This document shows, piece by piece, positions 27,269 to 38,599 of a DNA stretch of 64,000 nt. Each line of letters opens with the position of its first letter. Positions within the stretch are counted from its first letter, which is position 1. Position numbers and translations under genes: made by a program. The DNA lies in contig CAVVFC010000004.1 in the NCBI GenBank assembly GCA_963747465.1, positions 1,799 through 65,798 on the forward strand. Reading direction: 5' to 3'. This DNA comes from an uncultured Alphaproteobacteria bacterium (GTDB taxonomy: Bacteria > Pseudomonadota > Alphaproteobacteria > Rhizobiales > Rhizobiaceae). Under the pieces are notes generated by a model. The model worked only from the letters and a program-made list of their open reading frames with translations. It made no database searches and was not told where the DNA came from.

Positions 27269-28246
27269 ATGACAGCGATGCAATTTTCCTCGGGCGACCT
27301 CGTCGCGGACCGGCGCGCGAACTACGCCGAGATGCTGTTCGAAAGCTGCGATCTGGCGGCGGCGTGCGAACTGATGGCCGAGGCACTTGCGGTGGCGCCC
27401 TCCTGGGCTGCGGGCTGGTTCCGGCTCGGCGAGATGAGAGAGGCGTCGAACGACGTCGCCGGAGCGGCTGACGCGTGGGCCGAGGTGCTGCGCCTCGATC
27501 CTCTCGATCGGCTCGGCGCCAGTCTCAAACTGGGGTTGGCCGGCGCCGCGCACCAGATCGAGACGCCGCCCAGCGCCTTCGTGGCGACGCTCTTCGACCA
27601 GTATGCGGAAAGGTTCGACCATTCGCTGGTCGAGAAGCTGGACTATCGCGTGCCGGAGCTGATCGCGCAGGCGCTCGACTCCGCCGGGGCCGACGCGTTC
27701 GCGCATGTCGTCGACCTCGGCTGCGGGACCGGGCTGATGGGCGAGCGTCTGCGCCGGGTGGCCAGTTTCGTCGAGGGGTTCGACATCTCTGCACAGATGC
27801 TGAAGAGGGCGCAGGCCAAGGGCGTTTATGACAGGCTGGCGCTGCGGGACCTGCAGACATTCGAGCCGGACGGTCTGCGAGCAGACCTCGTAGTGGCCGC
27901 GGACGTTTTCCTCTATGTCGGAGCACTGGAGCGCATGTTCGCAACGGCGGCTATCCTTTGCACGCCGGGCGGGCTGTTCGCGTTTTCGGTCGAAAAACAT
28001 CACGGCACGGAACGCCTCGTGCTGCGCCCCGCACGTCGCTACGCCCACTCGGAGAGCTATCTTCGCGACCTGCTTGCCGCGAACGGGTTCGATGTCGTTT
28101 CGCTCGATCCGGCAGCGTTGCGGACGGATCGTGGCGAACCCGTCGAAGGGCTGATCGTGGTAGCGCGGCGCGTGCTGGAAGTCGCGGCGGCTGCACCGGC
28201 GACGGAGTTTTCGGTGACGTCAGCTTCGCTGGAGGTGCTGAACTGA
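27269..28246 (+). CDS. Class I SAM-dependent methyltransferase with N-terminal TPR-like region
   Basis: SSGDLVADRRA, WAAGWFRLG, LFDQYAERF, VDLGCGTGLMG and AADVFLYVG motifs. Confidence 0.88.
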   Translation: MTAMQFSSGDLVADRRANYAEMLFESCDLAAACELMAEALAVAPSWAAGWFRLGEMREASNDVAGAADAWAEVLRLDPLDRLGASLKLGLAGAAHQIETPPSAFVATLFDQYAERFDHSLVEKLDYRVPELIAQALDSAGADAFAHVVDLGCGTGLMGERLRRVASFVEGFDISAQMLKRAQAKGVYDRLALRDLQTFEPDGLRADLVVAADVFLYVGALERMFATAAILCTPGGLFAFSVEKHHGTERLVLRPARRYAHSESYLRDLLAANGFDVVSLDPAALRTDRGEPVEGLIVVARRVLEVAAAAPATEFSVTSASLEVLN

Positions 28247-28342
28247 AACCGACGGCGTACCGGTCCGGCAAGCAATACCGCCGATCTCCGATCTCGATCC
28301 GCGCTCTTGGCGGAACTGCTGTTCTGCTTTAGTTCTTGGGTC

Positions 28343-30883
28343 GTGACAGAGCATCCCGCCCTCGGTAGCGACCTTTCCGCCGCCCGGCTGCCGCAACCTT
28401 TCATCCGCTGGTTCGCGGAGAAGGGCTGGTCGCCGCGCGCGCACCAGATCGATCTTCTCGCCAAGGCGCAGGATGGCCGATCGGTGCTCCTGATTGCTCC
28501 GACGGGGGCAGGCAAGACGTTGGCCGGCTTCCTGCCGAGCCTGGTCGATCTGGCCGAGCGTCCGACACGCAAGCCGGGCGAAGCCTTTCGCGGGGTGCAT
28601 ACGCTCTACATCTCGCCCCTGAAGGCGCTCGCGGTCGACATCGAGCGCAACCTCGCAAAACCGGTTGCGGAGATCGGCCTGCCGGTCTCGATGGAGACGC
28701 GGACGGGCGACACGCCGTCGCACAAGCGGCAGCGGCAAAAGATGTCGCCGCCCGACATCCTGCTCACCACGCCCGAGCAGCTTGCGCTGCTGATTGCGTC
28801 GAAGGACGCGGCGCGGTTCTTTTCGGGCTTGCGCCATGTCGTGCTCGACGAACTGCATTCGCTCGTGACTTCGAAGAGGGGCCATCTCCTGTCGCTCGGG
28901 CTCGCGCGCCTGCGGGCGCTGGTGCCCGGGCTGCAGACGATCGGGCTCTCGGCCACGGTTGCGGAGCCGGAGGAATTGCGGCGGTGGCTGGTCTCCCAGC
29001 ATCCGGCCGGCGACATGGCCGACGTCATCACGGTGGCGGGCGGCGCGAAGCCTCAGATCACGATCCTGGAATCGCGCGAGCGGGTGCCCTGGTCGGGGCA
29101 CTCGGCGCGCTATGCCATCCCGGAGGTGTACGAGGAAATCCGCCGGCACAAGACGACCCTGCTGTTCGTGAACACACGCAGCCAGGCAGAGATGCTGTTC
29201 CAGGAACTTTGGCGGGTGAACGAGGACGTGCTGCCGATCGCGCTGCACCACGGCTCACTGGACGTCGCGCAGCGGCGCCGGGTCGAGAAGGCGATGGAGT
29301 CGAATTCGCTTCGGGCGATCGTCGCCACGTCGACCCTGGATCTCGGCATCGACTGGGGCGACGTCGATCTCGTCGTCCACGTCGGCGCACCGAAGGGAGC
29401 CAGCCGTCTCGCGCAGCGCATCGGCCGGTCCAACCACCGGATGGACGAGCCTTCGAAGGCAATCCTGGTGCCGGCCAACCGGTTCGAAGTGATGGAGTGC
29501 CGCGCGGCCATAGAGGCGAACTACCTCGGGGCGCAGGATACGCCGCCTCTCGTGGTCGGTGCGCTCGACGTGCTGGCCCAGCACGTTCTCGGTTGCGCCT
29601 GCGCGGAACCGTTTTCGTCGGACGACCTCTTCGAGGAGGTCAGGTCGGCCGCACCCTATGCCGCGCTCGACCGCAAGACCTTCGATCGCATCGTCGGGTT
29701 CGTCGCGACCGGAGGCTACGCGCTCAGAACGTACGAGCGGTATGCACGGATCCGGCAGACGAAGGAGGGGCTCTGGCGCGTCAGCCATCCGCGCATCGCG
29801 CAGCAGTACCGGTTGAACGTCGGCACCATCATCGAAGCGCCGATGCTCAATGTCCGCTACGTGCGGGGCGGGCGGGGCACGGCGTCGCGCGGCGGGCCGG
29901 TTCTCGGAAAGGTGGAGGAGTACTTTCTGGAATCGCTCGCGCCGGGCGACACGTTCATGTTCTCCGGCAAGGTGCTCCGGTTCGAGGGTATCCGCGAGAA
30001 CGAGGCCTTCGTCTCCAACGCATCCGGCAACGACGCCATGGTGCCGGCCTATGCGGGCGGCAAGTTTCCGCTGTCCACCTACCTCGCCGACCAGGTTCGC
30101 GGCATGCTGGCCGACCCGGACCGCTGGCAGTCCCTGCCTGACCAGGTGTCGGACTGGCTGCGCATCCAGCGCGACAGGTCGGTGCTGCCGAAGCGCGGCG
30201 ACCTTCTGATCGAGACGTTTCCACGGGGCAGGCGCTTCTACATGATCGCCTATCCGTTCGAGGGCCGGCTGGCGCACCAGACGCTCGGCATGCTCTTGAC
30301 CCGCAGGCTGGAACGGGCAGGTGCGCAGCCGCTCGGCTTCGTCGCCACGGACTATGCCCTCGCAGTCTGGGGTATCCGCGACATGGGGTCCATGTTCCGC
30401 TCCGGCACCCTGCCGCTCGGACAGCTCTTCGATGAGGACATGCTGGGCGACGATCTCGAGGCCTGGCTCGCCGAAAGCTGGCTGCTGAAGCGCACTTTCC
30501 GCAATTGCGCCGTCATTGCCGGCTTGATCGAACGGCGCCATCCGGGCCAGGAGAAGACCGGCCGGCAGGTGACCGTCTCGGCCGACCTGATCTACGACGT
30601 GCTGCGCGACCACGAGCCCGACCACGTCCTGCTCCAGGCGACCCGCGAGGACGCAGCGACCGGGCTGCTGGACGTCGCGCGGCTCGGCGAAATGCTGTCG
30701 CGGATCAAGGGGCGAATCGTGCATAAGGCGCTGGAGCAGATCTCGCCGCTTGCGGTCCCGATCATGCTGGAGATCGGGAAAGAGTCGGTGAACGGCGAAG
30801 CGAGCGACGCCCTTTTGGGCGAGGCGGCGGACGAGTTGATGGAAGAAGCCATGGGTCTGCACTCGAGGACAGCGAAGACATGA
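28343..30883 (+). CDS. Ligase-associated DNA damage response DEXH-box helicase (Lhr-like)
   Basis: APTGAGKT, SPLKALAVD, RTGDT, DELH, GLSAT, HHGSL, TSTLDLGID and QRIGRSNH motifs. Confidence 0.93.
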   Translation: MTEHPALGSDLSAARLPQPFIRWFAEKGWSPRAHQIDLLAKAQDGRSVLLIAPTGAGKTLAGFLPSLVDLAERPTRKPGEAFRGVHTLYISPLKALAVDIERNLAKPVAEIGLPVSMETRTGDTPSHKRQRQKMSPPDILLTTPEQLALLIASKDAARFFSGLRHVVLDELHSLVTSKRGHLLSLGLARLRALVPGLQTIGLSATVAEPEELRRWLVSQHPAGDMADVITVAGGAKPQITILESRERVPWSGHSARYAIPEVYEEIRRHKTTLLFVNTRSQAEMLFQELWRVNEDVLPIALHHGSLDVAQRRRVEKAMESNSLRAIVATSTLDLGIDWGDVDLVVHVGAPKGASRLAQRIGRSNHRMDEPSKAILVPANRFEVMECRAAIEANYLGAQDTPPLVVGALDVLAQHVLGCACAEPFSSDDLFEEVRSAAPYAALDRKTFDRIVGFVATGGYALRTYERYARIRQTKEGLWRVSHPRIAQQYRLNVGTIIEAPMLNVRYVRGGRGTASRGGPVLGKVEEYFLESLAPGDTFMFSGKVLRFEGIRENEAFVSNASGNDAMVPAYAGGKFPLSTYLADQVRGMLADPDRWQSLPDQVSDWLRIQRDRSVLPKRGDLLIETFPRGRRFYMIAYPFEGRLAHQTLGMLLTRRLERAGAQPLGFVATDYALAVWGIRDMGSMFRSGTLPLGQLFDEDMLGDDLEAWLAESWLLKRTFRNCAVIAGLIERRHPGQEKTGRQVTVSADLIYDVLRDHEPDHVLLQATREDAATGLLDVARLGEMLSRIKGRIVHKALEQISPLAVPIMLEIGKESVNGEASDALLGEAADELMEEAMGLHSRTAKT

Positions 30884-31587
30884 AGGCCGCGGCGACAGCG
30901 ATCGAAGGCGCAGAGACGATCTCGGTCGCGGGTGAGGCCGCCGTGTGCGATCGGCGGGGCGGGCTGTTCTTTCCCGCGCTCGGACTGCTCGTCGTTTCCG
31001 ACCTGCACCTCGAAAAGGGATCGGCCTTTGCGAGGCGCGGGGCGATGATGCCGCCCTACGACACGGCCGCCACCTTGTCGCGGCTGGCGGCGGTCATCTG
31101 CGAATACCGCCCGGCGACCGTCGTGAGCCTGGGGGACAGCTTTCATGACGGCTGGGGAGCGGAGCGCATGCCGGACATCTTCCGCGACGAACTGCTGGCC
31201 ATGATGACGGGCCGCGACTGGTTCTGGGTGGCCGGCAACCACGATCCCGAGCCGCCGGCCGGATTGCCGGGCGAAACCGTGCACGAGCTTGCCATCGGCG
31301 GCCTGGTGCTTCGCCACGAGCCGACGGCGACGGCATGTAAGGGCGAGATCGCGGGTCACCTGCACCCGGGTGCGCGCATCGTGCGGCGAGGGCGGTCGGT
31401 GCGGCGGCCATGCTTCGCGACGGACGGAACGCGGCTCGTCATGCCGGCCTTCGGCGCCTATACCGGCGCGCTGAACGTGCGCGACCGCGCCTTTTCACGG
31501 CTGTTCGACTGGACCGCCTTCAAGGCATTGATGCTGGGCCGCACGCGGGTGTATCCCATCGCCGGGGCGATGCTTTATCCGGGCTGA
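30880..31587 (+). CDS. pdeM: Ligase-associated DNA damage response endonuclease PdeM (metallophosphoesterase)
   Basis: SDLHLEKG, PPYDT, LGDSFHD, GNHD, GHLHP and PAFGAYTG; overlaps the helicase stop. Confidence 0.9.
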   Translation: MKAAATAIEGAETISVAGEAAVCDRRGGLFFPALGLLVVSDLHLEKGSAFARRGAMMPPYDTAATLSRLAAVICEYRPATVVSLGDSFHDGWGAERMPDIFRDELLAMMTGRDWFWVAGNHDPEPPAGLPGETVHELAIGGLVLRHEPTATACKGEIAGHLHPGARIVRRGRSVRRPCFATDGTRLVMPAFGAYTGALNVRDRAFSRLFDWTAFKALMLGRTRVYPIAGAMLYPG

Positions 31588-31682
31588 TCGGGGCGGGCGG
31601 TCCTTGCGAAGCGACGATCATCTCCGACGATGGCGGTCGACAGCAGCCGCATCGGGCCCGACCATCTACCGCACTATGGCGG

Positions 31683-32513
31683 TCAGTCCCGGCGGAAAAG
31701 GACGCGGCCCAGCCAGCCAGTAACCATCGCGAGGAGGACCGCCAGCAGGCCGTAGACGAAGCCGTGCTCGTTGGCGAAGCGGAAGATCGACTGCTCGAAG
31801 CCTGCCTTCAGGATCGCGAGATTGGCGGAGTTCTCCTTGATGAAGACACCGTTGCGGAACAGGAATGCGCGCGCCTTGTGGGTGCCGACGGGGATGTTCG
31901 GCGCCAGCCTCAAGGTCGCGCGGAAAAGGCTCTGCGTCAGGAACTGAACGCCGCCGAGATTTTCGGTGTAGAGGCCCCTCTGCTTCTTGAGGCCACGAAG
32001 CGCGGCCTCGAAATCCTTGATCGTCACCGGGTCTTTGCTGCGGTCGAGCGGCTGGATGTAGATGTTGTCGGTGCCGAGGGCGAGCTGACGAAAGTTCACC
32101 TGGTCGGTGATGTCCTGCATGGCCCGCGTGGTGGCGACGGAGTATGACGCAGGCACGTTGACGAAGGTCTGCGAATGGGTGTTGATCCAGACGCCCAGGA
32201 TACGGTCCTTCTTGCGCACGACGACCGGACGGGCCGGCCCTTCGAGGACCACGATGACGTCGTAGCGTCCCTGCCGGTTGACCAGCGGATCGGCGTTGTC
32301 GAGTGCGCCGAAGATCGTCAGGTCGGCCCCCGAGAAATCGGAAGTGATGGAAATGCGGTCGGTCGAGAGACCGATCTGGATGCTCTCGGAGATGCCGGCC
32401 GGAGTTTGCTGCGGCTGCGCCTCTTCCGGACCGGACGGCGCTTGCGCGGGCACCGCCGAACTGCTCGCCAGCAGCGCGGCGGCGGTCGCTATCGTGAGCA
32501 GCCGGTGCGCCAT
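31683..32513 (-). CDS. Conserved membrane protein (TIGR02186-like)
   Basis: Signal peptide, ITSDFSGADLTIFG, RKKDRILGVWIN, C-terminal TM; follows tauE. Confidence 0.8.
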   Translation of the reverse strand: MAHRLLTIATAAALLASSSAVPAQAPSGPEEAQPQQTPAGISESIQIGLSTDRISITSDFSGADLTIFGALDNADPLVNRQGRYDVIVVLEGPARPVVVRKKDRILGVWINTHSQTFVNVPASYSVATTRAMQDITDQVNFRQLALGTDNIYIQPLDRSKDPVTIKDFEAALRGLKKQRGLYTENLGGVQFLTQSLFRATLRLAPNIPVGTHKARAFLFRNGVFIKENSANLAILKAGFEQSIFRFANEHGFVYGLLAVLLAMVTGWLGRVLFRRD

Positions 32514-32519
32514 GGCGGT

Positions 32520-33443
32520 TCAGAACACCTCGTATGGCGACAGGGAGTAGAGGTTCACCGGCCTCACGAACAGGTCGAAGGCGAGCCTCAGCGCCACCGC
32601 CAGCACGAGCGCGGCCAACAACGCGCGCAACTGTTCGCCGCGCAGCTTCTGGCCCGCTTTCGCACCATATTGCGCGCCTGCGACACCGCCGACCATCAGC
32701 GCGAGCGCGAGCACGACGTCGACGGTTCTGTTCGTCGTTGCATGCACGATCGTCGTGTAGGCCGAGACGAAGATGATCTGGAAGAGCGACGTCCCGATGA
32801 CGACGTTGGTGGGCACCTTCAGCAGGTAGATCATGGCGGGAACCATGATGAAGCCGCCGCCCACGCCCATGATCGACGCGAGGAAGCCGATGGCGACGCC
32901 GAGGCCGAGAACGGGAATGACGCTGACGAAAAGCTTCGATGCGCGGAAGCGCATCTTGAGCGGCAGCTTGTGGATCCAGTTGTGCTGCCCGGGCCTTCGC
33001 AGGCTCGTCCCGCCGCCCTTGCGGGCCGCCCGGAGCGAGTTGACGCTCTCGATCATCATCAGGGCGCCGACGGTGCCGAGAAGCCCGACGTAGAGAAGCG
33101 AAACGAAGAGGTCGAGCTGGCCGAGCTGGCGCAGCAGCCGGAAGACGTAGATGCCGATCGAGGAGCCGAACACGCCGCCGGCGAGGAGAACGCTGCCGAG
33201 CTTGAAATCGATGGTTCCGCGCTTGAAGTGCGCGAGCGCTCCGGAAAACGAGGAGGCGATGACCTGGTTCGCTCCCGTCGCGACGGCAATGGCAGGGGGG
33301 ATGTTGTAGAAGATCAGAAGCGGCGTGATGAGAAAGCCGCCGCCGACCCCGAAGAGACCCGAAAGGAATCCGACCGCCGTGCCCATCGCGAGCAGAACGA
33401 AGAGATTGACTGACATCTCAGCGATGGGGAGATAAATACCCAC
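32520..33443 (-). CDS. Sulfite exporter TauE/SafE family protein
   Basis: IYLPIAE N-terminus and duplicated GVGGGF motifs; multi-TM. Confidence 0.9.
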   Translation of the reverse strand: MGIYLPIAEMSVNLFVLLAMGTAVGFLSGLFGVGGGFLITPLLIFYNIPPAIAVATGANQVIASSFSGALAHFKRGTIDFKLGSVLLAGGVFGSSIGIYVFRLLRQLGQLDLFVSLLYVGLLGTVGALMMIESVNSLRAARKGGGTSLRRPGQHNWIHKLPLKMRFRASKLFVSVIPVLGLGVAIGFLASIMGVGGGFIMVPAMIYLLKVPTNVVIGTSLFQIIFVSAYTTIVHATTNRTVDVVLALALMVGGVAGAQYGAKAGQKLRGEQLRALLAALVLAVALRLAFDLFVRPVNLYSLSPYEVF

Positions 33444-33612
33444 GCAACCAACCCGACCATCTTGCCTGAGACAAGGACCCCGACCCGAAATGCATTAACA
33501 TACGGGTGCTTAAGGGGTTCTTGCGCCGACATTGGGGCGGAGTCAAAGTCCCATGACGCCGCCTGCGGTCGAAAATGCGACACCGGCCGCCGCCAAAGCG
33601 GCTCGGGGGGCT

Positions 33613-36600
33613 CTATTTCTTGTCCAGCAGCAGCTTGACCAGCTTTTCGTCGACTTCGCCGGTCGTTTCCAGCCCGTTGTCGTTCTGGAAGGCGATGATC
33701 GCGTTGCGGGTGTTCTGGCCCATGATGCCGTCGGCGGAGCCCGCCTTGTAGCCGTTCTTGTTGAGAATGAGCTGGATGTTCTGGACCGCCTTCTTCATGT
33801 CGATACCGGCCGTCGTGCCTTCGCTCTCCTGCCAGGAGTTCAGGGATCTCGACGACGTTGGCGTCCTCGACGAGCGGCTTGGGTTTCCAGAGCTCGGTCG
33901 CCGCGCGGGCCTTGGCGAGCTGCTCGGGACGGAGGGCGTTGGCGACCTCGTCGCGCTTGGTGGCGGCGTCCTTGTCGCCGGTCTTGGCGACGAGCGCGAA
34001 CCACTTGTAGGATTCTTCCAGGCTCTGCGGCACGCCGAGGCCCTTGGCCGCCAGGATGCCGAGATTGTACTGGCTGTCCTTCACGCCCAGTTCGGCCGCC
34101 TTCTGGAACCAGCGCGCCGCCGAGTCATTGTCGACCGCGCCGTCGCTGCCCATGGCATGGAGCACCGCAAGGTTGTGCATGGCACTTGCATTGCCCTGGT
34201 TGGCGGCGAGCTGGTACCACGTCTTCGCCTGGGCGATGTCGCGATCGACGCCGATATCCTTCTCGTAGAAGCTGCCGATGCGGTACTGCGCCGGCGCGAA
34301 ACCCAGTTCGGCGGAGCGTTCGTACCATTCGGCCGCCACTGCGCGGTCTGCATCGACACCTCGGCCGACGTCATAGCGATTGCCGATCTCGAACATCGCG
34401 ACCGGATTGCCGGAATCGGCGGCCTCGCGAAGCGCGACGGGACCAGCCTCGACCGGTGCGGGTTCGAAGGACATGTCTTCCTCGGTCACGGCGACATCGG
34501 GCTCGGCGTCCGGCAGGGCCGCGACCTGTTCGTCCGAAGATGTTCCTCCGTTTTCCGCGATCGCGGCGGTGGTATCGCCGCCTCTTTCCTCCTGGAGGCC
34601 AGCGACTTCGGTTTCCTCTTGCACCGGCTCCGCATCCGCAGTTGCCGAGGAAATCGGGTTTGCGTCCTCTCCCACGACGCGCACCTTGGCATCCGCCTGC
34701 GCGGCGTCATTCGGCAGGACGGCTGGAGCGCTCGCCACGATCGTGCCCTGCGACGAGGGGAGAACCTCCACGTCCGCCACTTCGACCGGATCGCTGAAGA
34801 AGGCCTTCCCGAGTTGCAGGCCCGCCAGCGCGATCATGATCGCTGCGGCAGCCATCAGGATCGGCTTGCGCCTGGCGCGAAAAAGCTCGGACGGGCTGAG
34901 CTTGCCCTTCGACCCATCGGGCGAACCGCCCTGCTTGATGCTCTGTGCCTCGGCGGCGGCCGCCTGCGCGGCACGGCGCGCGGCCGCAATGAAATCGGCC
35001 TTCGCCGCATTCGGGTCGCCGCGCTGTGGCGAAGCGGAACTGCGCTCGTCGCGAACCCGCTTCATGATGGCATTGAGATCGGGCGCGCCGGAGCCCGGCT
35101 CCAGCGGCTTGTCGGCGTTCGGTTCGTCGAGCGGCTCGTCGAGACCGATGTCGTCTATGCCGGGCATCACCGGTTCTCTTCCGGCCTTCAGATCCTTGCC
35201 CGGTTCCTTCTTGCCCTTGAATGCGCGCGCGAGGCCTCCGAGAACGGACTTCCTCGTGGCTTCGGGCTGTTCGGACTGTTCGACCTCGCCCGCTGCGAGG
35301 GCCGCTTCGGCCGCCGCCTCCGCCGGCGAGCGACCGACGCGGATGGGACCGTTCTGCTTCGGATGAGGCTGGGGCTGCGGCTTTGGCGCCGTGACTGCCG
35401 CGGCGGCGGGCATCGGCATTTCCGCGGAACGAGGCGCGATCGGCGGAATGCTGTCCGCAGGCAGGCGGCTGCGGGACGCGGATGCCAGTTCGGCGTTGCG
35501 CGCTTCCATCGACCCGAGGCGGTCGACGACCTTCAGCAGCGTGTCATGGATTGCCTCGAAGGTCCGCGCATTCCGTTCGTCGGACTTGCGTGCAAGGATT
35601 TCGAGCGTCTTCATCTCGCTCGCGAGGGCGGTCACGTCCTCGTCGTTCATTCCGCCATCGTGCATGGAGCGGACGGCATTTTCGGCCGCCTCCTGCGCAG
35701 CCGCGATGATGGCGTCGCGCTGATCGGCGAGGGAGCGTTCGATGCTTTCCAGCCGTGGCGCGATGACTTCCGGCTCACGCTGTTGCGGGGCCGGCTTGGA
35801 CAGGAACTCCGCCAGCCCGGTGATCTGCCTCTCCAGGTTGGCGATCATGTTCGGATCCGTATCGGACGGACGGGTGGCGTTTTCTTCGAGCTTGCGCGCG
35901 ATCGCCTCGACGCGCTGCTCTAGCGACTGCATGACCTGCGGAACCGCGGCCGGAATCCGCCCCGCGTCGATGCGTTCGGAAAGGTCCGCGAACTTCTCGT
36001 CGAGCGCATGCAGGAGCGAGGGATCGAGGTCGGCGGCATTTTTGAAAGTCGCGTCGAGCTTGTCGGCCATGCTTGCGAGGCGCCGCTCGAAATCCTTCAG
36101 GACGTTCGGGTCGATGCCGGGTTCGCGCCGAGTCCCGATCTGTTCGGAAAGATCCGCGAACTTCTCGTCGAGAGCCTCCAGGAGGGCAGGGTCCATGCCG
36201 AGGCCGGCGTCCTGGCGGCTCTCCAGACGGGTGGCCAGTTCGCCGATCCTGCGTTCCATGTCCTTGAACAGGGCCTGGCCCTGTGAGGTCGCCTTTTCGT
36301 GGCGCTCCTCGAAGAGAGAGGCGATCTCGGCGAACCGCCGCTCGAGGCTGTCGAGGACCTGGTCACGCTGGTCGTGGCTGGCACCGGCTTCCAGCCGTTC
36401 GGTAATCGTCGCCATCTGGCGTCCGAGGCGCTCGATACCCTGTTCGGGAAGCGATGCGCGATAGGCGACTTCCTCGACCTGTCGCGTGAGATCGTTCAGC
36501 CGCTCCACGATCTCGGCGGAGGGAGCGCCGGTGGAAAGATCCTCGAGCTGCTGGGCCAGAGCGGAAATGCGCGCCTCGATCCGCTCGAACGGCTCCGACT

Positions 36601-37507
36601 GGAGCGCCTGAGCCTGCCGTGGAGAAGAGGCGATGGCGCGCGAAATCTCGTCGAGCCGGCCGAAGATCGTTTCGAACGTGTCGTCGGGTGTCGCCGGGTT
36701 CCGGTGCGAGAACTGGTCCATGGAGGTGGACAGCGACCGGACCTTCTCCTCCAGCGACCGGAGCGCGCGTGAATCCGGCAGGTTGCCGACCGCCTCGCCG
36801 ATCTGCTCGAGCCTTTCCCGCAGCATGGCGATGGCCGGATCCTTATCGGTGCGTGCGAATGAATTCTGCTCGATTCGGCTCCAGCGCTCGTCCATGGAGC
36901 GCACGGTTTCCTCGCGAGCCAGTTCCGCCAGCGTGTGGCGGACCTGCTCCAGTTCGCCGCGCAGCATGTCCAGGCCGCGGTCGTCGCTGCGCTCGGCCAT
37001 CAGATGAAGCGTGTTCGACAGGCGCTCCAGTTCGGCCGACAGTTCACGGCCGTCGGAACCGGAATTCCGGTACGTGTGCTCGATGTCCTTGCGAAGCGAA
37101 TCGAATTCCCGGCGCATGCCGGCGGTCATCTGCTGTCGGATGTCCTCGCGCAGCGCCTTCATGTCTGCCGACATATCTCCGGCCGTGTGGCTGGCCGACT
37201 GGCGGCGGCTGCGCTCGAGGTCGCGGCGAATTGCCGCGATCGGGGATTCTGGTGCAGCCGGTGATCTTTCCGGTGCCGCGAATGCCGGCCCATCGGTGCG
37301 ATCGGCCGGTTGGCCCGCTTGCGGCCGCCAATCGTCCGCAAGGCGGCGGCTTCTACGATCGTTTTCGTCGCTCTCCTCGTCGCCGCGAAGGTTTCCGAAA
37401 CGGGTCTCGAGATCGCCCAGCGAGCGATTCAGGTCCTCGATCGAGGTGCGCGCACGACGTCGCCGGCCGGAGTTCAGATTGTCGAGAAAGGAGCGGTTGC
37501 TCGTCAT
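33613..37507 (-). CDS. podJ: Polar organelle development protein PodJ; +1 frameshift near 33839 separates the C-terminal peptidoglycan-binding domain
   Basis: Long coiled coil, TFEAIHDTL, DFIAAARRAAQAAA, TM, Sel1 repeats; PG-binding domain (IQLILNKNGY..GSADGIMGQNTRNAI..FQ) in the adjacent frame 33613-33798. Confidence 0.88.
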
Positions 37508-37713
37508 TGGGACGCCTGTTCGGGAATGGTTTTCGAACCGATCGAGGTCTTGTCGTCGCGGAGCGGGGCGAGCGGCAACACGCGTTCACGGCCGAAGCAT
37601 TTTGTCGCGATCGCGGCCATTGCGCCCTTCCTCTCCATGGTGCAGACAACCGTGAGGAACGCGAGACAGGATAACCACGGGAAACCGACGGCCCCACAAT
37701 TCTCCAGACGTGG

Positions 37714-37728
37714 TAAACAAGGCGTTAA
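37714..37728 (-). promoter_or_regulatory. Candidate CtrA-binding site upstream of podJ
   Basis: Minus strand reads TTAA-CGCCTTG-TTTA(C), one mismatch from TTAA-N7-TTAA, in an AT-rich intergenic region. Confidence 0.55.
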
Positions 37729-37991
37729 CCAAACTTACCAAATTCGGAGAAACGGCCTTTCGAGCCGGCGGCGGTGGCAACGTTGCGGAAGTTTTTAAAC
37801 AGTTTGCTTGCAAACCTCGGTTGAAAAGCAAATCGCAAATCATTAGTTGCCGCCGCACGTGACAGACACGACCGAGCAATGGCGTGTCGCATACCCGTAT
37901 CAGAACAATCTGACGGACAGAGAACGGCCCCGAGTGGCCTGACGAAGATGTGCCTGCGGCAAGACGGCGGCACCAAAGGAAATCACGACCG

Positions 37992-38445
37992 ATGATGAAG
38001 ACAGTCTCGGCCATCGAAGCGATGGCCAACGCATCCGATGCTTTCGCAGAACCAAAGGACGATTACGTCCGAAATCGGTGACATGGCAAAGAAGTACGAC
38101 GTGTCGCTGCGCACGTTGCGCTTCTATGAAGACAAGGGGCTGATCCAGCCGAAGCGGGAAGGGAACACCCGGCTGTATTCCCGCCGCGAACGTGCGCGCC
38201 TGCAACTGATCCTGCTTGGCCGCAACGTCGGCTTCTCGCTGCGCGAGGTCAAGCAGATGATGGACCTCTATGATCCGCACGGCACCAACACAAAGCAGCT
38301 GCGGGTTGCTCTGGACAAGTCGGACAAGCAGCTGTCGCGCCTGGAAAAGCAGCGTGAGCAGCTCGACGAGGCGATCCAGCAGCTGAGTGCCGCGATGGAG
38401 GTGGTCCGCAGGTCGCTCGAAGAGCGGCAGAAGCAGTCCGCTTGA
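37992..38445 (+). CDS. MerR-family transcriptional regulator (LiuR-like); +1 frameshift in the AAA run at 38072-38074
   Basis: IGDMAKKYDVSLRTLRFYEDKGLIQP HTH. The upstream frame MMKTVSAIE...DDYVR, with an AAAGGA RBS, joins after removing one A. Confidence 0.82.
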
Positions 38446-38499
38446 CATCCATGCCGGAGCGGCGCTCGCTCCAGGGCGAAAAATCTCGTGCGGGCCGTA

Positions 38500-38523
38500 A
38501 TTGACGTTTACGCAAACGTCAAT
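38500..38523. promoter_or_regulatory. LiuR-type palindromic operator overlapping a TTGACG -35 box
   Basis: Perfect 10-bp inverted repeat ATTGACGTTT-ACGC-AAACGTCAAT ahead of the acyl-CoA dehydrogenase operon. Confidence 0.75.
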
Positions 38524-38599
38524 ATTTGGTAGGGACGCGCCCGACGAGATTTGATTGCCCGGTGCTGTCGGGCAGCCATCGGTTTTCTGGAGGTCTCCC

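Noticed and set aside
28343-31587. Helicase plus nuclease pair as a novel anti-phage system
   Set aside because: It matches the widespread Lhr-like helicase/PdeM DNA-repair pair in its usual core-genome context.
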